NCBI GenBank assembly: GCA_964036045.1
Contig: OZ038379.1
Location: 2,604,001 to 2,668,000, forward strand
Length of the DNA: 64,000 nt
Reading direction: 5' to 3'
DNA from: Eutreptiella sp. 'Long Island Sound 2002'
Taxonomy: Eukaryota; Protista; Euglenida
The number at the start of each line of letters is the position of its first letter. The stretch's first letter is position 1. The notes beneath the pieces were generated by a model, which was not told the DNA's origin, searched no databases, and saw only the letters and a program-made list of their open reading frames with translations. The translations under genes and the position numbers were made by a program. Positions 48,101 through 58,670 of this stretch are shown piece by piece.

Positions 48101-51100
48101 GCAGCAGCGGCCAGAAGGCCAGAGCGCCAGAGGCACTGCCGACTGCGCAAGAACCATTGGTAACGCGAGACAGACCTGGGATGGTGTCACACTCGGAGGC
48201 TGAGCCTCCCACCAGCTGGAAATACTGCTGGGCCATCTTGACGTGGTCGCGCGATCCTGTCATTTGTCCAATGCTGGCGTTCACGACTCCTTTGAGGATG
48301 TACTCCTGGGGGGTGACCGGCTCGATGTCCTTGATGAGCTGGTACGCCTCTTCGACTTCGTCGTTGTGCAGGTGGAAGATCACAAGGTTGAGCCTGACGT
48401 GCGCATACGTGGGCGCTACTGCGATGCCCTCACCACAAAGTACGGGCGTGGGGGAAACCAATTCGGGGGGGGGTATGACCTAGATTATGAGGGAAATTTG
48501 TTGATCTAAAAAGAGAGAGAATCAGAAACAGAGCAGCAAACAGACAGAGGTAATGCACTCCTCAGCATGACATAAGTGCATCTTTATTCTCTATGCCATG
48601 CCTGGTTGAACCTCAGCAGAACAGTCAGTACAGGTATCAGACCAGGCGTCCCTGGTCGTCACAACAGCTGACCTGTGCATTCAGCAAAATGGTGCAAATG
48701 ATAAAAGATAGCAGGAGACAGAGAGATACAGAGGGGTACTGAAAATATCAGCATGAATTCGTTCAAATCTTCGGCCCCCGGGGGGGGGGGGTCATAAAGG
48801 TGTAGGGGGGTTACAACCTACTTCAGGTGCACTATGCGAAGGTGTAGGTGGGAGTAGACTTATCTTGTTTGACACAGCCACCTACCAAGTAAGTCTGTGT
48901 TGGGGGGGGGGGGGTGACCTAATTAAAAACAGACAAATGCAAACCAGAGGTAATGCACTCCACAGTCAGGCATAAGTGCATCTTTATTCTCTATGCCAAA
49001 CCTGGTTGAACCTCAAGACACACACTGTGTCTGAAACAGAAAACAGAACATCATGTCTGACTACATTAGTCAGACAATCACAGTCAGTAGCTGTCAGTCA
49101 GACATCAGCAATCAGTGTCGGATAAAGACACCATGCATTACCGGCATGGCCGAAAAGAGCAACCCGCCGCTTGCCGGCTGTGTTGGGGGGGGGGGGGGCT
49201 AATTAAAGTGAGTGTGGGGGTGTCGGGGGTGGGAGGGGATGGCGTCCGATCCTACTTTCCAGACCTGCGCGTTCATGTGGAATGGACATGGTGCCAGATC
49301 CAACAGGATACTAAAGGGCGTACCTGGCTTCAGGGAACTGGTCCAACAGCGGCGGCAGGACCTGCAAAGCATTCTCCCCGGATCTGAACACCACCGTGTT
49401 GTGCTTGACCAAATCATTCTCAGCGTTGTACGCTGCGCTTTGCAGCTCAAGCAACACCCGAAGCTCCGCTTCACCCGCCATGCCGTTATACAGCCTACAA
49501 CAGCGGGACACTATGTTTCTCACAGCAGGGCGGGGGTTCGCTACAAGGGTGGACAGCGCCCGTGGGGTACCCTTCAAGTTTACTTGGGCCATGGGAGCGC
49601 AGTGGAGAATACCCACTCCTTCCGATGGCATTATCCAATACCGCAATTCACAAGGGGTGTGGCGAGACCACGGCAACGAGGGGCACCCTACCATCCCTTC
49701 TTGGAAATGCGTCTTTCCCTCCAACCGGTTTGGAGAAGCGGATGGGGAGGCAATTTCTGGCGGTATGACCTCCCAACAGCTTTTGCATGTAACCGCTTTT
49801 ACAACCGCCCTTGAAACCACCTTGGCGCCCCGCTTCCCCTCAAGCGCATTCCCGAGAGTCAAAGGGCACACACACCTGTAATGATTGCACGCCTTCAAAT
49901 TGATGGCACTCGGGCTGGTGGGGTTGGATTGAAGGTAGGCATTCAGCACTTCCAAAGAAACATCTGCAAAAAACAGTTCACTCGCTTACACTACCCAGGG
50001 ACAGCTTGTCGATATCGAGCCCAGGCGCACGGCCATGCAATGCAGGACTTCTTTAGGGTTGCATGATGCGAGCATTAAGTTATGTTATGGACCTTGGGAG
50101 TGGGAACGTGCACACGAAAATGGAGGAAAAGGTGCTCAGGTCGGTCGGGTCGGTCGGCTAGCTACACGATGGGAATATCGCCCAACTACGTATCGACCAT
50201 TGTACGCGCCGCATACCAAAATAATCCAACTTGTAATAACACAATGCGACGTACACATTGAGCGCCACATAGTCCTGGTTCTCCAACAGTATCCTTTTGT
50301 ATATATCCGTCGCCTCTTGATAGTGGCTCCGGGAGAAGTGGATGGCCGCGAGGCATAAGAGATCTTCCAATGTTTCCTCTAACTTTTGATGGTAAACCAT
50401 CAACTTATGCTCATCGTTCATCTTGTGGGCAACGTGGAATAAGAGGCGGTGTTGCAAGGTCACGGTAGGGCCATTTAAGGCGGCCTCTTCGGCTTCCTTA
50501 TATTGTCCTGCAGTCAAGGCGAGGTGTCCACACATTGTGTAATCGTGGCTTCGAACGCTTCGGCATGGCCACACAGTTTCTTTATTGTCACCGCGAAGGA
50601 GCTCCAACCTTCGACGAATCGTTGTATGGCAACAGTGGCAAGAACAACAAATTAAATTGTCATCGTGCTACAACATGTTACACCATACCAAGATGTAATA
50701 AAGTGCACCCCAAGTAAATGTGGTACATCGGGTCTGCGTCTTTATCTTTGAGCAACTCTTCATACACCTGGCACAAAAGGATAAAACACATGAGAACATA
50801 CGAACACTGGTTGTCTCGTTAGAGAGAACACCAAGATGATAAACGAGGCACCGAGCAACAACACTCATCTCCGATGCATCATAGTTGAAGGGTGCCAAGC
50901 AACCCTCCATTCAACATTGGTATGTATGTGTGCGGTGCACGAGACCGCATGTCTCAATACCCTAACCAGCTGCCCTTTTCTGCAGGGAAGCTTGTCTGCA
51001 TGCACAAACCTTATGTCTTCCTCTGTGGTGAGTGGAAAAGGTATGAGACACAGCTCGTGGCTTTCCACTTGTGTTCAACGGTTGGGTGTGACCATCGGCA

Positions 51101-52070
51101 AAGCACAGGCACAAAGTACCGCATCTTCCGTGGTTCAACAAACGGCAGAGCCCGAGGAATGGGGATGCCAAAAAACCCCTATAGGGTGCGACGATGTTGG
51201 TGATTAGTAAAGTTACGAGGGGGCAAAAAAAATCCGGTTGTTGCGAAAATGGCACTTCCCGTAACACGTCCGTTGGCCTTCATGGATAGCATAATGTTGA
51301 ATGAAAGAATGAATAAATGAAACAAGGCGCAAAATGTCCACAAATATCCGTGGCATATGGCACAGGGTAGTCGGAACAAAAGGTAAGGCATGCAAAGGCG
51401 AGGGGTCACATGTGACTATTTTGTGATGAGCTATTCTATGATAGCCCCACATTTGTTGGCCGCACGGTGCGAGGCCTTACTTATTTGGTTGCGTCCTCTT
51501 CTTTTTCTTTGTGTCGCTTTGGTCCCGATCTACGACACGTTGATATTGCGCTAATTGCTTGTGACATAAAACACAAATGGTGACCAAGAAGGAATCGAGT
51601 TCTTTGGCCCCTTGGAATGCTCGTATGGGCAATTGTCGCATGTGTTCACAATGCACCCGAGTTTTGCGAAAGCCACCTCATCAACGACAACAAATCAACC
51701 TGCATAGCTTTTAAATAATCACCTTGATGGTACGAGGCGTACGCAAGCCATGGAATGGTCGCATAGCCATCAACCTCGTCCTCTTCGGCATCTTTGAAGA
51801 ATTCGAGCAACGCGACCGCCCCGGTGAAATCCCTAGGTGAATGGCATTGCGAAGCTTACATCACGCAAGACGATAACCGAAGTCGCAAGACGAGGGGCTC
51901 GTTTTCCTCATAGGCAGCATGCAATGCAACGGTGAGATATCCCAAAGCTATTAGATGACAACGTACCGATTATGGAGGTATGACTCTAATTGCGCACCGG
52001 GCGACTTGTCGATCTTTTCTTGTTTAGGAATCGAGAAGCCTTGCTTGTGCCTTTGCACACCGAGAATCAT
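35865..52070 (-). CDS. IFT56: Intraflagellar transport protein 56 (TTC26/DYF-13), 11 exons, 1668 nt, about 555 aa
   Basis: Exons on the minus strand: 52070-51967, 51832-51700, 50767-50689, 50507-50217, 49963-49876, 49494-49324, 48393-48176, 47492-47384, 41063-40916, 39562-39482, 36110-35865. Every intron is GT-AG and every junction is phase-compatible. The spliced protein has the recognisable TTC26 blocks [120 protein letters not shown] and [15 protein letters not shown]...[11 protein letters not shown]. The exact N-terminus is less certain. Confidence 0.96.
37165..38640 (+). mobile_element. 5'-truncated, decayed non-LTR retrotransposon (RT thumb region plus RNase H), antisense in IFT56 intron 10
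   Basis: …[26 protein letters not shown] (GGLG-like). RNase H-like TFSEGSFF…[10 protein letters not shown]…[12 protein letters not shown] from 37785, with degenerate acidic residues. Many stops. Confidence 0.6.
39482..39562 (-). CDS. IFT56: IFT56 exon 10 ([27 protein letters not shown])
   Basis: Acceptor cccag|GCA, donor AAG|GTCTGC. Confidence 0.95.
40916..41063 (-). CDS. IFT56: IFT56 exon 9 ([15 protein letters not shown]...[15 protein letters not shown])
   Basis: Acceptor gccag|G, donor AAG|GTGTGC. Confidence 0.93.
41681..42014. repeat. 135-bp tandem repeat, about 2.5 copies, inside the hAT element just 3' of the transposase stop
   Basis: Unit starts at 41681, 41816 and 41951 (…CTATTCGCCCCT…GGATAGCTTAACCGCCCGTA…); copies 2 and 3 are nearly identical. 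Confidence 0.95.
42018..43970 (-). CDS. hAT transposase with CGGBP1-type N-terminal zinc finger (650 aa from the first ATG; 664 aa from the upstream TTG)
   Basis: Zinc finger [27 protein letters not shown]. Catalytic D (LLFDEWTD), D (VISDEG) and E ([11 protein letters not shown]); CxxH motif (CWSHKL); TRW motif. These are diagnostic hAT features, with no stops or frameshifts. Confidence 0.93.
   Translation of the reverse strand: MAPFPLDMSHAMPSHCPPSEPTSDDGNSPPRRKVRGKGRGGAGAKYCTMGPGKRKEQFPGHPLSLRTNDLGIEVLWCDACGCPVSHTTKSTVQCHLDSKKHQVAVETMQKREKARVERRLEAEADALPHKAAMRQPSLQSVVASCNDKNKAADDTVFAFAGAGIPLDKLDHPLVRAWLQKYTTIAGCLPQGSSDFPKVNGQRVLDGHRGAIHKKTADRNTTLLFDEWTDERGVPVLAIIAHVGGRLKFCIDVAFLEGKGPQRGVEHKEIAGALLSSLATAQIHPDRINFVISDEGSTVVAAAKHVLQHVWRNARWFLCWSHKLAGIGDILRKHDVFSMINLLYRSSSLVKVPMHSARRRRWRERSGLETVPPNIGDTRWTSWRDGADWYCENWEAWKDFVVLDAGKTKRNEENLSLMHEIHDCITKQGVNCVVRLAFITDHTSVLMAAINLAQSDGPVACFVYDKMKDVQFHWEDTLQRKILHPRIEEALKKLPRSADSIRRKLFGVMEEMLNALKNRFEKEAEQLEFFQQLRVLNPRNLSDMDTNLSSYKSLKLDEVPGVQEEWNLYRETEFRNINNGDELLAWWESRPDSLFKEAVLFLITIPTSSGAVERFFSQAGNVSKKQNKLLNQMRRLAFMARFNLDVEGRLV
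44535..45960. repeat. Degenerate minisatellite of about 28-30 bp (AAAAAGGCCTGCTGCTCAGTGGCAGC)
   Basis: Dozens of diverged units, with a short block in inverted orientation at about 45065-45125. Confidence 0.85.
47384..47492 (-). CDS. IFT56: IFT56 exon 8 ([36 protein letters not shown])
   Basis: Acceptor catag|GC, donor TG|GTCTGT. Confidence 0.95.
47672..47864. mobile_element. hAT-type MITE (GAATTC-rich interior) in IFT56 intron 7
   Basis: Ends TAGGCGTC and GACGCCCTA. 8-bp flanks TGTGCGAG and TCTGCGAG (7 of 8 match). Confidence 0.7.
48176..48393 (-). CDS. IFT56: IFT56 exon 7 (LNLVIFHL...[12 protein letters not shown])
   Basis: Acceptor gtcag|G, donor G|GTCTGT. Confidence 0.95.
49324..49494 (-). 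CDS. IFT56: IFT56 exon 6 ([12 protein letters not shown]...[15 protein letters not shown])
   Basis: Acceptor ttgtag|G, donor AG|GTACGC. Confidence 0.95.
49876..49963 (-). CDS. IFT56: IFT56 exon 5 ([30 protein letters not shown])
   Basis: Acceptor tttgcag|AT, donor AG|GTGTGT. Confidence 0.95.
50217..50507 (-). CDS. IFT56: IFT56 exon 4 (QYKEAEEAA...[10 protein letters not shown])
   Basis: Acceptor ctgcag|GA, donor G|GTATGC, strongly conserved TPR-like sequence. Confidence 0.95.
50689..50767 (-). CDS. IFT56: IFT56 exon 3 ([27 protein letters not shown])
   Basis: Acceptor gccag|GTG, donor G|GTATGG, phases fit both neighbours. Confidence 0.88.
51700..51832 (-). CDS. IFT56: IFT56 exon 2 ([13 protein letters not shown]...[15 protein letters not shown])
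   Basis: Acceptor cctag|G, donor CAG|GTTGAT, conserved TTC26 N-terminal motif. Confidence 0.92.
51967..52070 (-). CDS. IFT56: IFT56 exon 1 (putative start MILGVQRHK...LESYLHN)
   Basis: ATG at 52070, open frame, donor CG|GTACGT. Phase 2 joins exon 2 to give R-DFTG. Confidence 0.75.
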
Positions 52071-55000
52071 CCTACCACGGGCTCAGAGGTGCCAAGTAGC
52101 ACTCCCTTCCAAGTTGCCGAGAAGACGTGTTGCACGACCAAACAAGAAGTCAATCACAAGTGCATTTGGCTGCAACAACACAACGGGTAAATCCAAGAAC
52201 TAACCTTGCCCGCAACCCCATTTTCAACACACCATGCGTCATGAGCAGGACCCTTACATGACCCAACCGCCCTCTCCCCATGACACTAGGCTCATATCCG
52301 TGCGATCAACTTCTCACCCACAAAAGTGCGGCCAAGAAAGCAACCTCATGCCACCGTCTCCCACACCCCGTCACACACGACAAATGCAGAGCAACACAAC
52401 CCGATCCCCGATCCCGGCCTCCAACCCATTGCCCAACCCATGTCTATTCCAACCAAAACATGGGACCCGCCGTTCCGGGCACAGTGTTTGGGGGACGTGT
52501 GCCACAGGGTTGTGCGTGAACACCAGCCCTACCAGACGACACCGGGTCTGCTTCCGCAACTTTTGGGGCCTTGGGCATTGGGCGCGCAAAGCGGGTGGGG
52601 GTGGGGCAGGAAGCAGCCGACCATGCCACGTGAGCCCCGGGCTTTACGCCAAGTCCCCATGCGTTCTTTGGGAGTTGCACCCGGCAATCGACCACCACCT
52701 GTTGGACCGCTTGTCGTTGTTGACGGGTTGGGGGACGTGAGTATGGATGTGATATTGAATATGGATATGGATGTGATATTGACTCGAAACATGGTTGTTG
52801 CGTTGTTGGGCCGGGGAAGAGCCTGGTCACCTTTGCCATCCCTATGACGAATGGAGGCGTACACAAAACCTCACTCCCCAAAGTTCCCCCAACAACAAGA
52901 GAAATGCCCAGTCTACAAAAAGCGTCCGGAACAAAGCACCCGCAAAACCAAGTGCCCCGTTTACCAAGCACTAATGTCAACAATCTTCGATTTTCCAAGA
53001 AGCGAATTGGGATGGGCCTCGATTTATGGAAACCCCTTGCCTGCAATACAACAACGACGCGCATACCTTATTTAACCATACCATACCATACCGTCTGCGA
53101 TACCGTCACCAGCAGAGGTAGTCTCATACGGAACACGCCGAAGAGTCCTTGCGGCAGAAATGCTGCCGATAAGCGCGTGTGCTACCTGCTCGCCCGACCT
53201 ATAATACCGAGTTTCAGTTCCGGCCTGTTCATTTGTACAACACAGAAGTCGAAACTGAAATCGTCAGTCAAGTTATCCGGATCCGCTTGTTTCTTCCACC
53301 ATTTCTTTTAGCCACCACAACGTCGTCTTCCGAATTGATGGTGCCCGGATGGGGCACATGTACGTTGCAGTGTGGGTTCTATCTGCATTTCAGCTTGCAC
53401 AGGTCATCTCCTCAAACCAACTTGTCTCTGAGCTAATTTAACCCAGGCGAGACACCAAGACACTCGCTGAGCGACGAAGGCCTCTGCATTCTATCACACC
53501 TGGGTGTATCACACCTGTCAGCGGTGCCGTCCCCATAGCGCCAGCAAGTTACTCCGGCCACATTTTGCATGTCGTGCGTATGCCTTTTTACTGTCGCCTA
53601 CTTTCAGCGACCGCGGCAACTCTGGATAAAGCCCTGACAGCATGGCACCGCGCATGTTTGTCATGAAAGTGCATCATTCTGCCAAATATTGTATCTTTGT
53701 GTGCTGAAACTGCCAGTCACAAGCGGCGGCCTCACCCACTTCATTTTTCAAGTTGGGGTTTTTCACGCGCAAGCCATGCGTGGATTATGAAGAGTCACAC
53801 AGTCCCTGAAATCCTCAAAAAAGAAAAAAGCTGTGCTTGTACCATGTGCCCACACTGTTCGAGAAAAATTCTTACTGAATGGTAGCAGCTCATTGTAACG
53901 GTGTCTGATTGTGTTGTGTAAGTGAAGTGTGTGCGTGCACATCGGCACCCAATGTGGTTTGCAATCCAGTTTGGCACAGTTTGTTCACTGACGTTTCCTG
54001 CTGTGGACAGCTTTGGTTTCTCACCTTTCATAGTCTTTACTTCCCTGCAGGGGTTAAGGCCTCAGCCTGAAGAAAACATTGCAAATATCGTGGACAGCAA
54101 TGCAACGGTAGATGAGCTGGACCCCATCAATACCCATGTTGGAAATTGGGACAACCGTTCGGCCGAGGTCATTCCCGCAACACCGAGGGGCTGTTGCGAG
54201 TTGTTTGCATCAAGGCCCATCTGGTCTTGGCGGTGTTTTGTGTGCGCGTTGGTCTCGTGGTGTTGTTGTTCGTTTGCTTTTGTCTTGGTGTTGTGGGCGT
54301 TGGTACATGGTCCGCTTGAACAGTCCCCTCCACATGCCAACCAGGAAAGCACTTCTAACTGCTTTATTGTCCTGCGTGGTTCCTCTTGTAGTGTGTGGCT
54401 TCGGCGCCTTTCGTGGCTTTGTGTGGGCTCACTGCTGCCGCTTTGGGTACCTGTTGAGTGGTTTTTGCAGTAAAACGCTGTCGTCTGCGCTTGCGCACGC
54501 CAACCAATGACCAGAACCGCACACCAAAGACTCTTTCGCGTCAACTGCCATGCGGGACCCGTTGTCTCAGGTTCGAAAGTTAAAGTTCGACCTGCGACCA
54601 AAGCCCTTGTCGGAGTGCGTGAGCTTCGTCACAAGGTCGGACTCGATGTCTTCCCGTTGCGCGCATTTATGAACAGCACCGTTTGTGAACAGCACTGTTG
54701 TCTTGTCGCATCGTCAAGTTCCGCAGTGGATGTGTCGTTGCCTGAACGTGCCCTTGTCTGCAATCCCAACGTGCAATGCTTCAGCATCCCGGATATTCAA
54801 GGATTGGGCCATGCCCAGGCCAACCGCAACTTCGGGCTGATGTTGGCTGCATCGTTGGCAGACGTTGGTGTTTGCTATGCCTATCCGTCCCTTGCAGAAC
54901 TTGCAGTGGCGAAAGCGTATGTTCCATGTGTTGCTCTGATGCTGTGCAGGTTGATTGCGTCGCTGAACCACGCGAGAACAAGCCGGATACGCAACTGACA

Positions 55001-57717
55001 CAGTTCAATGCTGATTTGACAAACTCATTTGTTGTTGGTTGGCCTGTTGAGCACGAGTTGTAGTACTGATCCGCTCGTAACTTGCGCACTTCATTCGCTA
55101 CGGTGACGTCAGCTGTGTCTCCGGCGCCATGGATTTCTTTTCACCCCCTGCCCGTTCCTCTGCGTGACATTTGGCAGTACTGCCGGTTTTCGGGTGTCAA
55201 CAGTGTTGCAAGGCCAACACGTTGCACGCAGTCTTTCATTGCCGCACGTGCATATCGAGAATAAATGGTCGGATGCTCATAATTGGGGTGAAGAGCATGT
55301 GTCCCAAACCTGTCTAGGTTGTAGCACATGTGGCGCATATGATTTGAGGCATGATCGTGTCGAATCGAGTCCCGGCCAAACATCTCGACGTCTTTCATTT
55401 GTCAAATCGCCGCTGCTGGTGCTGGTGATGCTGTTGCTGCTGCTGCCGCACAAATTGCGTGCCTGCTGTCGCACCCCCACCACTGCCGCAGGAGGAAGTC
55501 GGGCAACAGTGTGAAAGGACGTGTACTGGGGCGATGGGAGAAATTCATCGGCAAGCCCGTCATGGACTGGCCCCAAGTATCGCAGGTGGTCGGGCAATAC
55601 CGTCCCACCCGGATACACGCTGCAGGTGCGAGGCTCCTTGAGTATTTGCCTGTGGTGGTGCACCCGTGCCTCGTCTGCGCACCAGCCACTTCGCCTGCCA
55701 TAGCCCAGGGGGGTTAATCCCTTGGGACCCAATTTTGGGTGGACGAAACGTATGTGGCCCATGGCCGCTGATCCAGACGCAGGTCCCGTTCGACTGTTTT
55801 CTTCTCCCTCCCTGATGGAGGCCGGCAGGGGTGCTCGCCGTCGAGAGAAACAACTTGAGTCAAGCTGCAGCTGGCCCTGAGGACCAGTCCTTTGTAATGT
55901 TGTGTCTGTTTTCATGGATCGTGGGTTATGCACTGCCAGCAATCGTATCTTTGTCGCTGTGAGCAGCATTGGCACATGGGTCTGAGTCCCCGCCGTGCTT
56001 CATCGTGTGGCTGCGCGGGTTGACTCCATGATTCTGACTGGAGAGTGGTGGTGGCCGGACGAGATCCCACGGACGACCAGTGCTTCGCTGCACGTGTCTG
56101 GTCGCTCTGAGTCGTCCGCGTGTGCGAGTGTGTGTGGGTGTGTGGGTTGTATAGATGTAGTCCGGCGCTGGATGGGTGCGTTCAACACCGCAGAAAGAAA
56201 GACGTCTCGGGCATGGGCCGACCTCCAAGGCTTGGGTCATCATTCGGTGATCATGGGAGTACATGCAAACCCCGCGGGGGCCATCTGGCACCAAAATGGG
56301 CCCCCAAAAAGCCCTTTCTCGGGCATTTTGCACTTTAGAACCGCTAAGTTTCTTCCATTGGGCCACGAAGCGTGGTTTCGGCACGGACCCCCAAGCCAAT
56401 GGCTTGGGTCCCGGGTACTATCTTCGGGCAACACCGACAAGGGCATTTTCAGTGACGGCTAACCGCCGGCCCAGAGGGCTGTCCTTAAAGGGCGGTCCTT
56501 TACAAAAAAATTCCTGTGCCACCTTGGACCAATAGGTGCTACTTGCGTCCCCATGGGTTCATAGTGTCGCCAAATGACGAATCAAGACAACCCATGCAGG
56601 CCAACCCCCGCCGAATAATGGCCAATTCATTTCATTCAGTATCCACTGCGGGTGAAGGTTCGCACTCCCCTTACGCGGTCGTGGCATCAGGGGCGCACCT
56701 CCCAGGGCATACGCGATCCGAACGAGTTAGGTTCCCACTGAATTCTCTTGCCTTTGGCAACCGCACGAGGGGGTTCTCGTTGATGTACGCCTCGCCCAAC
56801 GAATGCGCATCGCCATGGAGCAGGCAACCGGGCACTAGACACAGCAAAATTTGTTTCAAATCATCGCGTAATGTACCCATTTGACACTTATCACTGGGTG
56901 TGCTCCCAACGTGCGACCAATGCAGCGGGTGTGGTCTGGGTGTGGTGGGCCTTGAACAGACCGGGGTGTTCCAATCCGAAAGGGCCGGACACAATAAAGA
57001 AATGTCACCCACAGCGCGGCTGGAGGGAGGGCACATCCGACACCGCATGGCATTTGCGAACTTCAGTCATGGGGAGATTTCCATATGCCGGTGGTCAGGC
57101 CGCTTTTGAGCAATGCTTCCTGGAGGAACACTCCCCATGCATCAAAAAAAGGGGGGGGGATTTCCCCTGACAAACATTTCCCTGCCCAATTTTGTCCCCA
57201 GGCGCTATCCTCTTTCCCCCTGCAATCGCTCCCTTAACAGGCCGTGGGTCGTTGCTGCGCTACCATGAGTTCCTGCACCAGTGGAGGGAACCGAACAAGA
57301 CGTACATGTTCCTCAGCTCAGACACTTATGACCATTGTCCGACTGCGAATTGGTGGGTGTGCACCCCATCTCCCCGACCACGTTGCCGAGTGCCTGTCGC
57401 CCGTTGATTTGCGGGTTCATCGCGATGTGCAGCGTGCATTGTGTGCAGGGGGAGTATTATCTCCACAGGAGGAGCATTTCTGGCACGGCACAACCAAAGC
57501 TATTGCTGGATCCCCCGCGAAACGGAGTCGTGCAGGTGGCAGTGCATCTCCGCAGGTGTGGCTCTCGCAGAGTCTGGGACAGAGTGTTGCGGGGTGGATA
57601 CCGGGTGTGTCTTTGAGGTGTGTTGCTCTGCGCAGCGTGTGTTTTAGGTTAGGGTCACGGAGCGGGTGGAACCAGTCTTGGTTTTATAACCCTTTTTAGT
57701 GTCTAGGGTGGACCTAC

Positions 57718-58670
57718 CAGGTTTAGCAGCAAGCAAGCAGCAAGCAGCAAGCAAGCAGCAAGCAAGCAAGCAGCACGCGCGAAATGGGAAAAATTCAGAA
57801 CTCCATCGTGGTGCTTTGGATTCGGGTGAAATTTTGGTGGATGATACCTATAGGTGTGAAGTACAATCACACAAAGTTTGAGCAAGACACTCAACGGTGG
57901 CGGCCGGGAACGGGATTCGCAAGTGGCGGACCTCAGTTTCAAAAACTGCAGTTTAGGGCCAAAAACAGCCATTTTTGGGCCAAAAAAGCCTTGGAACACA
58001 TTCAAAACGGCCAAACGAAGGGAAACGGTGAGTACACTCCACGTGCGGCTTGACTTCCCCGTGTCAACGAGCTCTTTGCGACCCTCTCACTCCATGATAT
58101 GTCCCGGAAACGGCCCAAAAAGGCCCCCAGAAGCTCCAAATGCCGACAGCCACAAACCAAGAATAGGCCATATCTTTGGCTACATGGCTCAAAATGTGGT
58201 TCCGAGGGCACCTACTCCGCCCGAAACCCCCCACTTTTTGTGGTTTCCACCCCTCAGAATTGCCCAAACGGACGCCTAGACCCCAATACCTAGGCCCACT
58301 AGGCTGCGGCAAGCTGCAAGCTCAAGCCCAAATAGGTGGATGCCCAAATGGGTCAACAGGGTCCAGTGGGGGCAAAAAGATGACTTTTTTCAAAAATGAT
58401 CCTAGACCATGTGCGACACTAAAACAAGTGTTTTTGGACCGTTTTGAGCCTGTGGTGGCCCATTTTGGTCCTCCGAAAATCCCAAAATGCCTTGAAAATG
58501 GGCTGTTTTGGGACCAAAAATGGGTCAAAAATGGGTCAAAAACGCATTTTCCAAACCTCATCCTAGACCATTTGGGGTGCACAAACGGGTGAAATGAGCC
58601 CATTTTGAGCCCACTTTGGGGCATTTTGGCCCCTCAGAAGTCCAAAAAGCCTTGAAAGTGGGCCTTGTGG
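57718..58670. repeat. Interspersed repeat starting CAGGTTTAG(CAAG/CAGCAAG)n with an A/T-tract-rich body; probably a truncated non-autonomous DNA element
   Basis: CAGG start, GCAA microsatellite, phased A4-5/T4 tracts. A fragment of the same sequence occurs at about 22865-22940. Confidence 0.55.

Noticed and set aside
35865-52070. Non-conventional (non GT-AG) euglenid introns or a spliced-leader RNA gene
   Set aside because: All IFT56 introns resolve as GT-AG, and no euglenozoan SL exon sequence was recognised in the window.
57645-57656. Telomere-like TTAGGTTAGGG
   Set aside because: Only one or two units, consistent with chance.
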